Part shown: positions 7,419 through 16,410 of the stretch, piece after piece
Layout: each line of letters opens with the position of its first letter
How positions within the stretch are numbered: the stretch's first letter is position 1
Origin: a virus
Lineage: Duplodnaviria; Caudoviricetes
Length of the DNA stretch: 64,000 nucleotides
IMG/VR virus record: IMGVR_UViG_3300028832_002790
Coordinates: 1 to 64,000 of that record
Strand: one strand, 5' to 3'
Notes under the pieces: generated by a model
What the model saw: the letters and a program-made list of their open reading frames with translations, nothing else
Databases searched by the model: none
Told to the model about the DNA's origin: nothing
Translations under genes and position numbers: made by a program

Positions 7419-9599
7419 TTACTTCCAGTTCTTCAAGGAATCGGAATGTTTGACTCGGTGCTCAACCTCGTCCTGCTTTCCCTTGTTGAATGCGGTTTTG
7501 TAGTCTCCGGTGAGATATCCGGTAACCCTGCGGAGACGCTGGATGTTCTCCCCGCCGCACTGCGGACACTTGTCGTTGATCTCGTCCTGATATCCGCAAT
7601 CCATGCAGATGTCCGACGGGACGTTGATGGCGAAGTACGGAATGTCCTTGTCCATAGCGTAGTTGACGAATGTCTCCAGCGCATCGATGTTGTTTTTCGC
7701 CCCGGTATCGAGCTCGATGTAGGTGATGCACCCCGCCCTTGAATATCCGGTAAGCTGCGACTCGATGTCGATCTTCTCGAAAGGTGTCATCTTCTTCCAT
7801 ACCGGAACGTGGATGGAGTTCGTGAAGAAGTCCTTGTCGGACACATTCTCTATCTTGCCGTACTTCTCCTGAAACTTCTTCATCGCCGTGTAGCAAAGGT
7901 TCTCGGCCGGTGTGTAATATACACCGAAGTTGAGCTTCAAATCCTTCTTGAACTTGTTGCACTTGTCGCTGAACAGCTGCTCGATTCTCTTCGCCAGCTC
8001 CATCCCCTCCTTCGTGGTGTGATCCTTTCCGATGAGAAGCTGAAGAGTCTCCGCCAGACCGAGCTGTCCGATTGCCAGCGAGCCGTGCTTGAGAGCCGAA
8101 CGGATTCCCTCCTCCGGGACATAGCCGTACATCGTTCCGTTCTCGTACATGAACTTCGCGGACTTCGCTGGCTGCGAGCAAATCCAGTCGAATCTCTCAA
8201 GAAGCATATCCTTGGCCTCGTTGATCTTCTTGTCAAGCAGGGCCATGAACTTCTCAACATCCCTGTCGGCCTCCATAGCCAGCGTCGGCATAATAATAGT
8301 GACAGGGCAGATGTTTCCGCGCCCGTCCTTCATAAATCCGAGTCCATTGATGTCCCAAGCCGACCAAGTTCTGCATCCCATCGTGGACGAGTATGTACGG
8401 GGATCGTTCTTGTCGTATCCCTCGTTCCCGCTCCAATCGACATTCACATAATTGGGATAAAGACGCTGCGCCGTGGACTGTAGAGCCAAACGGAACAGAT
8501 CGTAGTTCGGATCGCCGGGGGCTCTGTTGATTCCCTTTCCGCACTGGAAGATCCCGCACGGGAAGATGGACGTCTTGTGGAACTTCCCGACGCCCTTGAT
8601 CGAACCTTCCAACAGGGCACGAATTACCATTCTGCCTTCCGGTAGCGTACAGGTGCCGTAGTTGATGGAAGTAAACGGCAGCTGGTTTCCTGAACGAGAT
8701 TGAAGAGTATTTAAATTGTGATACATCCCCTCCACGGACTGATTGAGCTCGTGAAGCGTCTTGTCCATAGCGTACTTCTTCACCGCCTCGTCGTCGTAGA
8801 ACTTGTCGTCGATGGAAAGATCCTTGTCCTCCACATTGATCCAGTCGATGCTCTCGACATTACGAATGTACTTCAAGCCGTCACGATAGTGCTTGGCAAA
8901 ACTCTTCCTGACATATGGAACCATAGTCCAGTCAAGATGCGTCGCAGCCACGCCGCCGAACTGCTGAAGGCTCTGAACCTGAAAGATAACGGCTGTTAGC
9001 TGTAAAGCGGTGCTGATGGAATTTGCGGGACGGATGTCCGTCTGTCTTGTGTTGAATCCCTTGGCGAGAAGATCGTCGAACGGGATGGAAAGACAGTTGT
9101 GAGATCCGACCGCATACGCATCAAGATCGTGAATATAAATTTCGTTGTTGATATGGTTGGACTTCGCCATCGGCGAAATGAGATGGTTGAGGGCATACTC
9201 CTTCGTCACATACGATGCCGCCTCGCCGATTCTTCCACCGAACGAGAACTCGTCCACGTTGGCGTTCTGGTTGACGACATTCTTCGCATAGAGCTTGTCC
9301 GTGAGATTTTTATTATTGCGGACTCTCTCCTTCTCGTAACGATAGGAAATGTAGCGCTTCGCAACATCGTATGCGGAGTGCTCCATCAGCTTCTTCTCGA
9401 TCATGTCTTCGATGAGATCGATATGAACAGGTTCCTCGAACTGCTCGCAGGCTTCCGCCACGGCATCTGTTATTCTCTGGATCTGCTTCCTTGTCAGTCT
9501 CTCGTCTTCGGCTACACAATCGTTTGCCTTTACAATAGAGTCGAAAATCTTCTTCTTGGTGAGATTTTCCTCAGAACCATTTCTTTTAATGATCTTCAT
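7419..9599 (-). CDS. nrdD: Anaerobic (class III) ribonucleoside-triphosphate reductase with N-terminal ATP cone
   Basis: MKIIKRNG ATP cone, YIHDLD, HNCLSI, MGCRT, Zn site CMDCG...CPQCG, glycyl-radical RRVTGYL. Confidence 0.97.
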   Translation of the reverse strand: MKIIKRNGSEENLTKKKIFDSIVKANDCVAEDERLTRKQIQRITDAVAEACEQFEEPVHIDLIEDMIEKKLMEHSAYDVAKRYISYRYEKERVRNNKNLTDKLYAKNVVNQNANVDEFSFGGRIGEAASYVTKEYALNHLISPMAKSNHINNEIYIHDLDAYAVGSHNCLSIPFDDLLAKGFNTRQTDIRPANSISTALQLTAVIFQVQSLQQFGGVAATHLDWTMVPYVRKSFAKHYRDGLKYIRNVESIDWINVEDKDLSIDDKFYDDEAVKKYAMDKTLHELNQSVEGMYHNLNTLQSRSGNQLPFTSINYGTCTLPEGRMVIRALLEGSIKGVGKFHKTSIFPCGIFQCGKGINRAPGDPNYDLFRLALQSTAQRLYPNYVNVDWSGNEGYDKNDPRTYSSTMGCRTWSAWDINGLGFMKDGRGNICPVTIIMPTLAMEADRDVEKFMALLDKKINEAKDMLLERFDWICSQPAKSAKFMYENGTMYGYVPEEGIRSALKHGSLAIGQLGLAETLQLLIGKDHTTKEGMELAKRIEQLFSDKCNKFKKDLKLNFGVYYTPAENLCYTAMKKFQEKYGKIENVSDKDFFTNSIHVPVWKKMTPFEKIDIESQLTGYSRAGCITYIELDTGAKNNIDALETFVNYAMDKDIPYFAINVPSDICMDCGYQDEINDKCPQCGGENIQRLRRVTGYLTGDYKTAFNKGKQDEVEHRVKHSDSLKNWK

Positions 9600-9677
9600 A
9601 AAACCTTCTTCGCTTCAAGTTGCATTAGTACTTAGTGTTTTCAACGACCGCTGTTTGATGTCAAAACACTGAAACGA

Positions 9678-9706
9678 AGTATACCACCAAACACCAATAA
9701 AATCAA
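9678..9706 (-). promoter_or_regulatory. Sigma70-like promoter for nrdD
   Basis: TTGATT-17 nt-TATACT with extended -10 TG. Confidence 0.7.
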
Positions 9707-9840
9707 TGCTTTTTATCAATTTCTAAATTTATTTTTGTGTTCTTTTTTGCTTGAAAATTTTTCAGAATTGGAGTAACTCGTTGTTCCTTCACGGTTTTTG
9801 CACGCAACGAAAAACCGCAACCCAAATGATCGACCAAAAT

Positions 9841-9871
9841 AAAAAAAAACGTCCGGCCACCCGGCCGGACG
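9841..9871 (-). terminator. Intrinsic terminator
   Basis: 9-bp GC stem CGTCCGGCC/GGCCGGACG plus 9 T. Confidence 0.85.
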
Positions 9872-9960
9872 CTGTTCGATATAACGAATTTTTAGAAACA
9901 ATATGGAATGTGTATTCCGCTCATTTAGACTAATGAGTATGTCATAGAACGCAATCCAGA

Positions 9961-11217
9961 CTAAAAACTATCGAACAAATCTCTGAACAGGATCGAATGG
10001 AACGGCGAATAGAACACCGGCGGCTGGGAAAGGAACTTGACCGCCTTCTCCAGATTTCCAATACGATCGTCCTGATTCTTGGAGTCCTCCATCTCGGAGA
10101 TCTTCTTCTTGGCCGCCTCATCATAGTAACGCTCGGTCTTGGTCTTCCCGTTTTCCGTCCTGCTGATGACGAGGACGGTGTTCGGATCGCTTGGTACGTC
10201 CGCGTCTTCATCCTTCTTGTCGACCTCTTCGTCGTCATAGTCCTTGATGGGGATTCTTTTATTGGTGATGCACTGCTCCTGCCCTCTTGGCTTGCAAGTG
10301 CATTCTGAGTCGCAAGGCTTTGCCACATCCTCCTTGATCTCCTTGAGAGGATCGACGCGGTTCTCCTTCTCTGGCTCCTGCTCCGCTTCGGCGCAACACT
10401 CGTCGCACCCGTCGCACTCGTCGCACTCGTCGGCGAACTCGGTGTCGTCTGCCGGAGTCGGGCCGATATCCTTCGCCGCAAGAACATGATCGAAGAATGT
10501 GCAGAAGTCGTTCAGTCGCTTCTCGAACGTGGCAGTCTGGGTGACGGGATTCTTCCAGCCTAGGATGTCAACCTCGTCGCAAGCGAGCGATTGATCCTGC
10601 GCGGCCTTGCTCTCGTGATAGATCTCGATGGCGTCCCCCATCTCCGGGATTCCCTCCCCGAATGAACAGGTGTACGACGCGCAAACGTCGAACTCGAAGA
10701 CGTTCGACTTTCCGGTTGCAAGAACGGTGTCAAGAAACGCCGGGAAAGTCTCGAACGCGGAATGGTAGAAGAAGTTCACGAGAATCCTCTTGACGGCCGC
10801 CTTGGGGACGTCGAGGGTCAACGAGATCCCGTCGACGATATCCTTGGCCCCGTTGATGCTGTTCGTAAAGCGCAGGACGCCGGAATCGAGAATGTCGCGG
10901 ATTCGATATCCGTTGACCGTGACGGCATAGTACCCCTCGTCCGTATAGGTCGAGATCCCCTGACAGTTGTTGTACACATACTCGTAGGAGACGATCGGCA
11001 CGATGGCGTTGCCCTTGATGGCCCTCGTCTTCTGCATGATGATGGCTCGTCCGCCGAACACCTGATTGATGGCCGTGATGTAGACATTGAACAACGATCG
11101 GATCTTCTCCTTCGTCATTGTTTCCGAATACGACTTGTTCGGAACCTTGAAAAACTTTCCGACATAGTTCTGCTCGATGCAGGCGATGGTTTCGGATGGC
11201 ATGAATAGGTTTTGCAT
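9961..11217 (-). CDS. Hypothetical protein with acidic, Cys-rich low-complexity segment
   Basis: 418 aa; GGAGAG upstream; DECDECDGCDECC segment. Confidence 0.7.
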   Translation of the reverse strand: MQNLFMPSETIACIEQNYVGKFFKVPNKSYSETMTKEKIRSLFNVYITAINQVFGGRAIIMQKTRAIKGNAIVPIVSYEYVYNNCQGISTYTDEGYYAVTVNGYRIRDILDSGVLRFTNSINGAKDIVDGISLTLDVPKAAVKRILVNFFYHSAFETFPAFLDTVLATGKSNVFEFDVCASYTCSFGEGIPEMGDAIEIYHESKAAQDQSLACDEVDILGWKNPVTQTATFEKRLNDFCTFFDHVLAAKDIGPTPADDTEFADECDECDGCDECCAEAEQEPEKENRVDPLKEIKEDVAKPCDSECTCKPRGQEQCITNKRIPIKDYDDEEVDKKDEDADVPSDPNTVLVISRTENGKTKTERYYDEAAKKKISEMEDSKNQDDRIGNLEKAVKFLSQPPVFYSPFHSILFRDLFDSF

Positions 11218-11242
11218 TTTTTATTCTCTCCTTGGTTGTTGT

Positions 11243-12544
11243 TTAGACATTGACGTAGTTTGCGGCGACAAGGCCGTTGGTGGCCGACCACACGAAGAAT
11301 TGGTGGCAGCGCTGATTGCCGATGAAGCGCTTGTTGTAGTGCCAGTCGTCGGCGGCGCACGGAGACGGGATTCGACGGGTGATCATACCGCCCATCTCTG
11401 TGATGGTGGCACCCTCCTTGTGGAGATGTCCGAGGTGGAGCTCGCGGAACTTCGTCTTGCCCCATTCCTCGGGGAACTCTGCGGGAATCGAAGCGATTGT
11501 GCGCTTCTCGTTCTCGTCTCCGTGGGTGAAGAAGATTCCGCAATCGCCGAACACATAAGCCTGCGTCGTGCGATAGTTGTCGGAGAATCCGACATTCTTC
11601 GCATTCCTGAAATACTGCGACAGGCTATGATAGAGATAGAACTCGGCAGACTGCGCGTGATTTCCCTGACACAGACGGACATCGATCTTGTCAAACACCG
11701 GAATGAGCTTCTCGATCGCCGTGGTGTAGAGCTCCATGCCCTTGATGAAGAGCTTCTTGTAGCGACCGTCGTTCTGTTGCGGGGTGCCGTTCGTCGTCTG
11801 GTTGTTGAACTCGGCGTTGAAGAAATCGTTGCCGATTACGAGCAGGCAATTGCCTGTCATATGAACATCCTTTGCATAACGGATGATGGTGTCAATGATC
11901 TCGTTGAAGCAACGCTCGGCATCCTTGATATCATAGTTCTCTGGTGCGTCGGTAATGTGAGCGCGCTTCCCTAGATGCAATTCGATGGCTGGGATCTCAA
12001 TCAGAAAATCCTGATTCCTCGACGGGGACTGTCCGAACTTCGGCTTCGCAGAAGTCTGTGACTCAATTCTGTGAGTGGCGAAGAATTCCTTTGCCGCATT
12101 GAAATAGTCAACGTCCCGCATATCCGTAAGAGTCTTCGGACGGATTCTTCCGCTGATGGAATAGCACGCCTTGTCCTGCTTAATAGAAGGAACATCCCAT
12201 TCGCTGATCTTCCAAGACACGATCGACCACTTGCTGGGATCGTACCCGAGCGCCACGAGAATCTCGTCTGGATCCTTCGACACGTCTGGCGAAAGGAACA
12301 TCTTCTTGGTGAAGTTGATATCGCCGTTCGCGCAGTGTTCCTCCTCGTCCTTTACGAACTTGGCGAACGATCCGGTCTTCGCCCCGTTCGCCTTTCGCTT
12401 CAGATACTGATCGCACGCCTTTCGGATCTTCTCCCCGTCGTCAAACAGACTCTGGGTCATGTCGTTCCACTTCACTCCCTGCTTGCGCTTCTTGAGGCAT
12501 TCCTCAAGAAACTCGTCAGTGTACGCCTTGTTGCTCTGCTTCAT
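11243..12544 (-). CDS. Calcineurin-like metallophosphoesterase with N-terminal helical/HTH-like region
   Basis: Motifs ELHLGK, GNDFFN, GNHA, HGD, GHLHK; start MKQSNK at 12544. Confidence 0.85.
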   Translation of the reverse strand: MKQSNKAYTDEFLEECLKKRKQGVKWNDMTQSLFDDGEKIRKACDQYLKRKANGAKTGSFAKFVKDEEEHCANGDINFTKKMFLSPDVSKDPDEILVALGYDPSKWSIVSWKISEWDVPSIKQDKACYSISGRIRPKTLTDMRDVDYFNAAKEFFATHRIESQTSAKPKFGQSPSRNQDFLIEIPAIELHLGKRAHITDAPENYDIKDAERCFNEIIDTIIRYAKDVHMTGNCLLVIGNDFFNAEFNNQTTNGTPQQNDGRYKKLFIKGMELYTTAIEKLIPVFDKIDVRLCQGNHAQSAEFYLYHSLSQYFRNAKNVGFSDNYRTTQAYVFGDCGIFFTHGDENEKRTIASIPAEFPEEWGKTKFRELHLGHLHKEGATITEMGGMITRRIPSPCAADDWHYNKRFIGNQRCHQFFVWSATNGLVAANYVNV

Positions 12545-13025
12545 TTTTCTCTTCCTTTGTATTTTTATCGGTTGAACCAAATCCCTCGCCGTTCCTCTCG
12601 GCGAAATTGCCGTCCTCGTCCTCGGCCGTGGCATAAACGACGAAGATGCCCTGACAATAAGCCTTGCCCTTCTCGATGACCACGGCCTCGTTCGACGGGT
12701 TGAACAGCTTTACGCTGATGCACCCCTTGCCCGGCTCGTCGCTGTAGTAGTCGGCGTCGATGACCCCGACCGTATTCGCCAGCCTAATGCCGTACTTGAA
12801 CCCGAGCCCGGAGCGCGGAACCATCAGGAACGTGATGTTCGACGGCATCTTAACCTTGGTATAAGTCTTTATGGTGACGGATTCTCCGGGGTTGATCACA
12901 ATCTGGGCCGGTGCGAAAAAATCGTAACCGGCGCTATTCTGCGTCGCTCTCCTCGGCTTCTCCCACTCCTGTCCGGGATTGGCTTCGTCCCATCCCGGAT
13001 CCTTTACAAATCTAACTCCTTCCAT
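12516..13025 (-). CDS. dut: Trimeric dUTPase
   Basis: SAGYD, PRSG, GVIDADY, QGIF, GFGST motifs. Confidence 0.93.
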   Translation of the reverse strand: MEGVRFVKDPGWDEANPGQEWEKPRRATQNSAGYDFFAPAQIVINPGESVTIKTYTKVKMPSNITFLMVPRSGLGFKYGIRLANTVGVIDADYYSDEPGKGCISVKLFNPSNEAVVIEKGKAYCQGIFVVYATAEDEDGNFAERNGEGFGSTDKNTKEEKNEAEQQGVH

Positions 13026-13026
13026 A

Positions 13027-13395
13027 TTACGAAAAACTGATATTGATCTTACGCATAGCTTCCTTGATCTGGTCTACGGTTACCTCCGTGTTCGGAGCTA
13101 CGCCCTTGAACCGGATCATGTCGGAGATGAGCTGCGTGCATTCCTCCGTCAGAAGATTCTTCATCTGCTTCTTGGCGACATCCTTGTTGATGATGCCCGC
13201 CTGATAACGCGAAGTGATGTTCTCGGCCCGGTTTCTGGTCAGCTCGACCTGATGCTCCATTCGCTTCAGCTCGTTGTCGACTTGCTCGTTCGTCATGCTT
13301 GCGGCGGGAAGGGCCTTCTCGGCCTCCTTCCCTCGCTCGACAGCCGCGTCAAGTACTCCCTTGACCTCCTGAATGAATTTCTCCTCGTTAGTCAT
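13027..13395 (-). CDS. Hypothetical coiled-coil protein
   Basis: 122-aa ORF in operon. Confidence 0.65.
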   Translation of the reverse strand: MTNEEKFIQEVKGVLDAAVERGKEAEKALPAASMTNEQVDNELKRMEHQVELTRNRAENITSRYQAGIINKDVAKKQMKNLLTEECTQLISDMIRFKGVAPNTEVTVDQIKEAMRKINISFS

Positions 13396-14023
13396 CTGCG
13401 CTAATCTTCTTTGCCTTCTTGCCGCGCCCCTTCTTGCGCGGCTTCGACTTCTTTACCTTATCAGATTCTTCGTCGTCTGTCAAGAGATTTTCTCGGATCA
13501 GTTCTGCGTTCATTTCCTCGACAGCAACCTCGCGCTTCGCCTCTTCGAGAATCTCCTGCGTGGCGTCCTCCTCGACTGGCTCCTCGACCGCCGGTGCCTT
13601 CTCGACTTCTGGTGTCTCCTCTGGTGTCTCCTCTGGTGTCTCCTCTGGTGTCTCCTCTGGCGGCGGTGGCGGCGGAGTCGGTTCCTCCGGTTGTACCGGC
13701 GGTGGCGGCGGCTCTTCAGGCGCTCTCACGGTCTTGTTCTCCTTTGGCTCTTCCCGTCCGGGAACCTTGTCGACCACACGGAAGATGAACAAATGAGAAT
13801 CACCCTCTCGATCGGTCAACGAACACTTATAATACTCCAATCCGGTCAGAAAATCAACCATTTTCGTCGAAAAAGATTCCACGAAATAGTTTTTCCTTCC
13901 ACGGAACACGACATCTAGACACGAACAGGCGGCATTATAGACATCGCCCTCCATCCAATAGTCGTCGTTGCTCTTTTTCAGATATATCGGATCCCTAAGG
14001 GTCTTTCCTCGTAAGAATTTCAT
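13388..14023 (-). CDS. Hypothetical protein with Pro/Glu-rich linker and basic tail
   Basis: Likely start MKFLRG at 14023; PPPP and EETP repeats. Confidence 0.6.
   Translation of the reverse strand: MKFLRGKTLRDPIYLKKSNDDYWMEGDVYNAACSCLDVVFRGRKNYFVESFSTKMVDFLTGLEYYKCSLTDREGDSHLFIFRVVDKVPGREEPKENKTVRAPEEPPPPPVQPEEPTPPPPPPEETPEETPEETPEETPEVEKAPAVEEPVEEDATQEILEEAKREVAVEEMNAELIRENLLTDDEESDKVKKSKPRKKGRGKKAKKISADD
13608..13660. repeat. 12-bp tandem repeat (tctggtgtctcc x4.4) encoding EETP
   Basis: Exact repeats visible. Confidence 0.95.
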
Positions 14024-14069
14024 ATGAATATTTACCCATAAAAGCCCGGAAATCAATCCCAAGACAAAA

Positions 14070-14076
14070 ATAAATA
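14070..14076 (+). promoter_or_regulatory. T4-late-like promoter ATAAATA, 5 nt before the subtilase ATG
   Basis: Same motif precedes many structural genes (see finding). Confidence 0.65.
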
Positions 14077-14081
14077 CTAGT

Positions 14082-15437
14082 ATGGAAGAAAAAGAGACGC
14101 TGGATGTAAGACTTCCCAAATTTCAAGTCGAACAATTGTTCAAAGCCCTTTCGCAAAGCGCGGACTGGGGTTTGGAGCAGATGCAGATTATGAAGCTCTG
14201 GGCAAAGACCAAAGGGGCCGGAATAAAAATAGCGGTGCTCGATACCGGATGCCCGGCGAAGGTTTCTTCCGCAGGAGTTGCGACGATCCACCCCGATCTG
14301 CGTCATAATATTATTCTTGGTGAGTGTGAATCGTTCGTTCCAAACGAGGACATATACGACTACCAAGGACATTCTACAGCCGTATGCGGAGTCATAGCGG
14401 CAGAGGACAACCAGCTTGGATTCGTGGGATATGCGCCGGAAGCCAAGATAATAACATACAAGGTTCTCGACAAGAACGGGGCCGGTTCGCTCAGATGGAT
14501 AGAGAACGCCCTTAAGAAATGCGTGGAAACAAAGCCGGATATCGTTTCGATGTCGCTCGGATCGATCGTGGATTCCTCCCTTATGCACACTCTCGTGAAG
14601 AAGCTGGACTCAATGGGAATCCCGGTGATATGCGCCGCAGGAAACGGCGCAGACTTCGAAGGCGTGAACTATCCGGCGAAATACGACGAGGCTTTCGCCA
14701 TCGGCGCATACGACAAGGAATTGAACATCGCCGATTTCTCCGCCATAGGAAGCGAAATGGACTTTGCATTTCCCGGCGTCGACATCGAAACGACTTGGCT
14801 GGACTTCGGATACACGAAGATTTCCGGCACCAGCTTCGCCTGCCCGGCCTGCACCGGCCTCGTGGCGTTGATTATGGCGGAAAAGAAGGCGACCGGATTC
14901 GATCCGTCGTCCTGCCAGAACACGATATGGCTATACAACGAACTGAAGGCCACCGCCACCAATCCGAAGAAGCTGGCAAACCAAACAGACGACTGGGGCT
15001 GGGGATACATCGATGTGCAGAAACTGATCGACGACGAGGACAAATGCGAAGATCCCAAGCCGATAGCGGTAATGGCCGATACGCACAAGAACAATCTGAT
15101 TTCTTCCGATATAATGAGCGGATTTTCCGACGAGCAAATCAGAGAAACCTACAGTGAAATATTCTCGCCGAAACAACCGAAACAGATTTTCGACATCATA
15201 AACAATATGCCGAACGCATTTCTGCCAGCCCTCCTCATACATCGCCTGCAATTCAAGATAGGCGGATCGACCGAGGACTTCTTGGCGGCGAACAATACGC
15301 TGAAGGACAATCTTCTAATACTCGTCAAGAAGAACTATTCCATATGGAATCCGTTCTACTGGATCTACCGGCGTCAGGCCAGCAAGCTGAAGAGCGCATT
15401 TGACAGCAAGGGCGAAACTCTCTACAAACACATCTAA
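14082..15437 (+). CDS. S8 subtilisin-like serine peptidase with C-terminal extension
   Basis: Triad motifs IAVLDTG, GHSTAVCG, SGTSFACP; oxyanion AAGNG. Confidence 0.92.
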   Translation: MEEKETLDVRLPKFQVEQLFKALSQSADWGLEQMQIMKLWAKTKGAGIKIAVLDTGCPAKVSSAGVATIHPDLRHNIILGECESFVPNEDIYDYQGHSTAVCGVIAAEDNQLGFVGYAPEAKIITYKVLDKNGAGSLRWIENALKKCVETKPDIVSMSLGSIVDSSLMHTLVKKLDSMGIPVICAAGNGADFEGVNYPAKYDEAFAIGAYDKELNIADFSAIGSEMDFAFPGVDIETTWLDFGYTKISGTSFACPACTGLVALIMAEKKATGFDPSSCQNTIWLYNELKATATNPKKLANQTDDWGWGYIDVQKLIDDEDKCEDPKPIAVMADTHKNNLISSDIMSGFSDEQIRETYSEIFSPKQPKQIFDIINNMPNAFLPALLIHRLQFKIGGSTEDFLAANNTLKDNLLILVKKNYSIWNPFYWIYRRQASKLKSAFDSKGETLYKHI

Positions 15438-16393
15438 TGCTTGTAGATGTCAACGCCTAGGACTTCCTTCGGATCCTTGTGGGGGAAAGTCCCGTCCAGA
15501 TTGTCGACAGGGGAGCAATTTATGATTTCCATATCCAGCTTCCACGTGTCTCTTATGCATTTTAAATGCGCCCAATTGTCGATCATGGCCTTACGCAATC
15601 CTTCGGTGGTTCTACAAGTCGGGCACGGGATGTCCTCCTTTGTGTTGTACTTCATCCCGTAGAACATATCCTTTATGCCGTATGACGCCTTTTGCCTCAT
15701 CGTGCCGTCTTTGTTGATGACGAAATTGTTGTCGCACCCTATCAAGACCATTTTCGTGAAGCCGAGCAAATATGCTATCCAACACGCCGTCTCTCCGCTT
15801 TGTCCGCCCTCGTAATAAAAATAGTCGAACGATGCTGGCGGCGTAAGCTCCGGCACATATCTTGGCTTTGTGACATAATCGGTATCTCTTATGTTTTTGG
15901 ACAATCCCATCAGGAATTTATATATTCCATAAACATTCAGCTTGTTGTCGATATCGTCCGGCATATTCTTCACCAGCGTATCCACATAATCCATCCCCTT
16001 TACTTTCGCTATCATGTTCAGCGCCGTGCCTACGTCATACAGAAACGGATTCTCCCATTTGTTCAAATCCGGGCTCTTATCGGGAAATCTTCTGAATTTT
16101 ATCGGCTGCATTATGTTTGTTCCGTAACCATCGAAGTTCGGATATACCATCGAATTGTAGAATATCTTCATGCACATATGAGTATTCATAAATTCATCCA
16201 GCCCGGCCGACCACTGCTTCTCGTGCTTTCTGGCGATATACTGGTATGTCGGATACCATTTTATGTCATTCCAAAGCTTGAACGACCCGTTTATACCCAT
16301 CGTGGCGAAGTCGTCCAGCTTGTGCCAATCGACATTCGCTATAGACGGCCCGTTTCCAATTATAACGATGCTCTTTGCATCCATTTCACTCAT
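15434..16393 (-). CDS. GNGPS-motif glycosyltransferase-like protein (DUF115/Maf/GT42-like)
   Basis: SIVIIGNGPSIANVDW...ATMGIN; AYLLGFTKMVLIGCD. Confidence 0.65.
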   Translation of the reverse strand: MSEMDAKSIVIIGNGPSIANVDWHKLDDFATMGINGSFKLWNDIKWYPTYQYIARKHEKQWSAGLDEFMNTHMCMKIFYNSMVYPNFDGYGTNIMQPIKFRRFPDKSPDLNKWENPFLYDVGTALNMIAKVKGMDYVDTLVKNMPDDIDNKLNVYGIYKFLMGLSKNIRDTDYVTKPRYVPELTPPASFDYFYYEGGQSGETACWIAYLLGFTKMVLIGCDNNFVINKDGTMRQKASYGIKDMFYGMKYNTKEDIPCPTCRTTEGLRKAMIDNWAHLKCIRDTWKLDMEIINCSPVDNLDGTFPHKDPKEVLGVDIYKH

Positions 16394-16410
16394 AAAAATA
16401 GTTATAGGGT

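Noticed and set aside
7419-9599. Intron or intein in nrdD (also checked in the polymerase and helicase)
   Set aside because: Lengths and motif spacing are normal; no C...HN splice motifs or frame breaks
9600-9720. NrdR box upstream of nrdD
   Set aside because: No recognisable acaCwAtATaTwGtg-like palindrome
9716-9933. Short ORFs 9716..9901 and 9751..9933
   Set aside because: They span a terminator and low-complexity intergenic DNA without an RBS
9929-9945. CTAATGAG hammerhead variant
   Set aside because: The essential G5 is replaced and the helix order is incompatible
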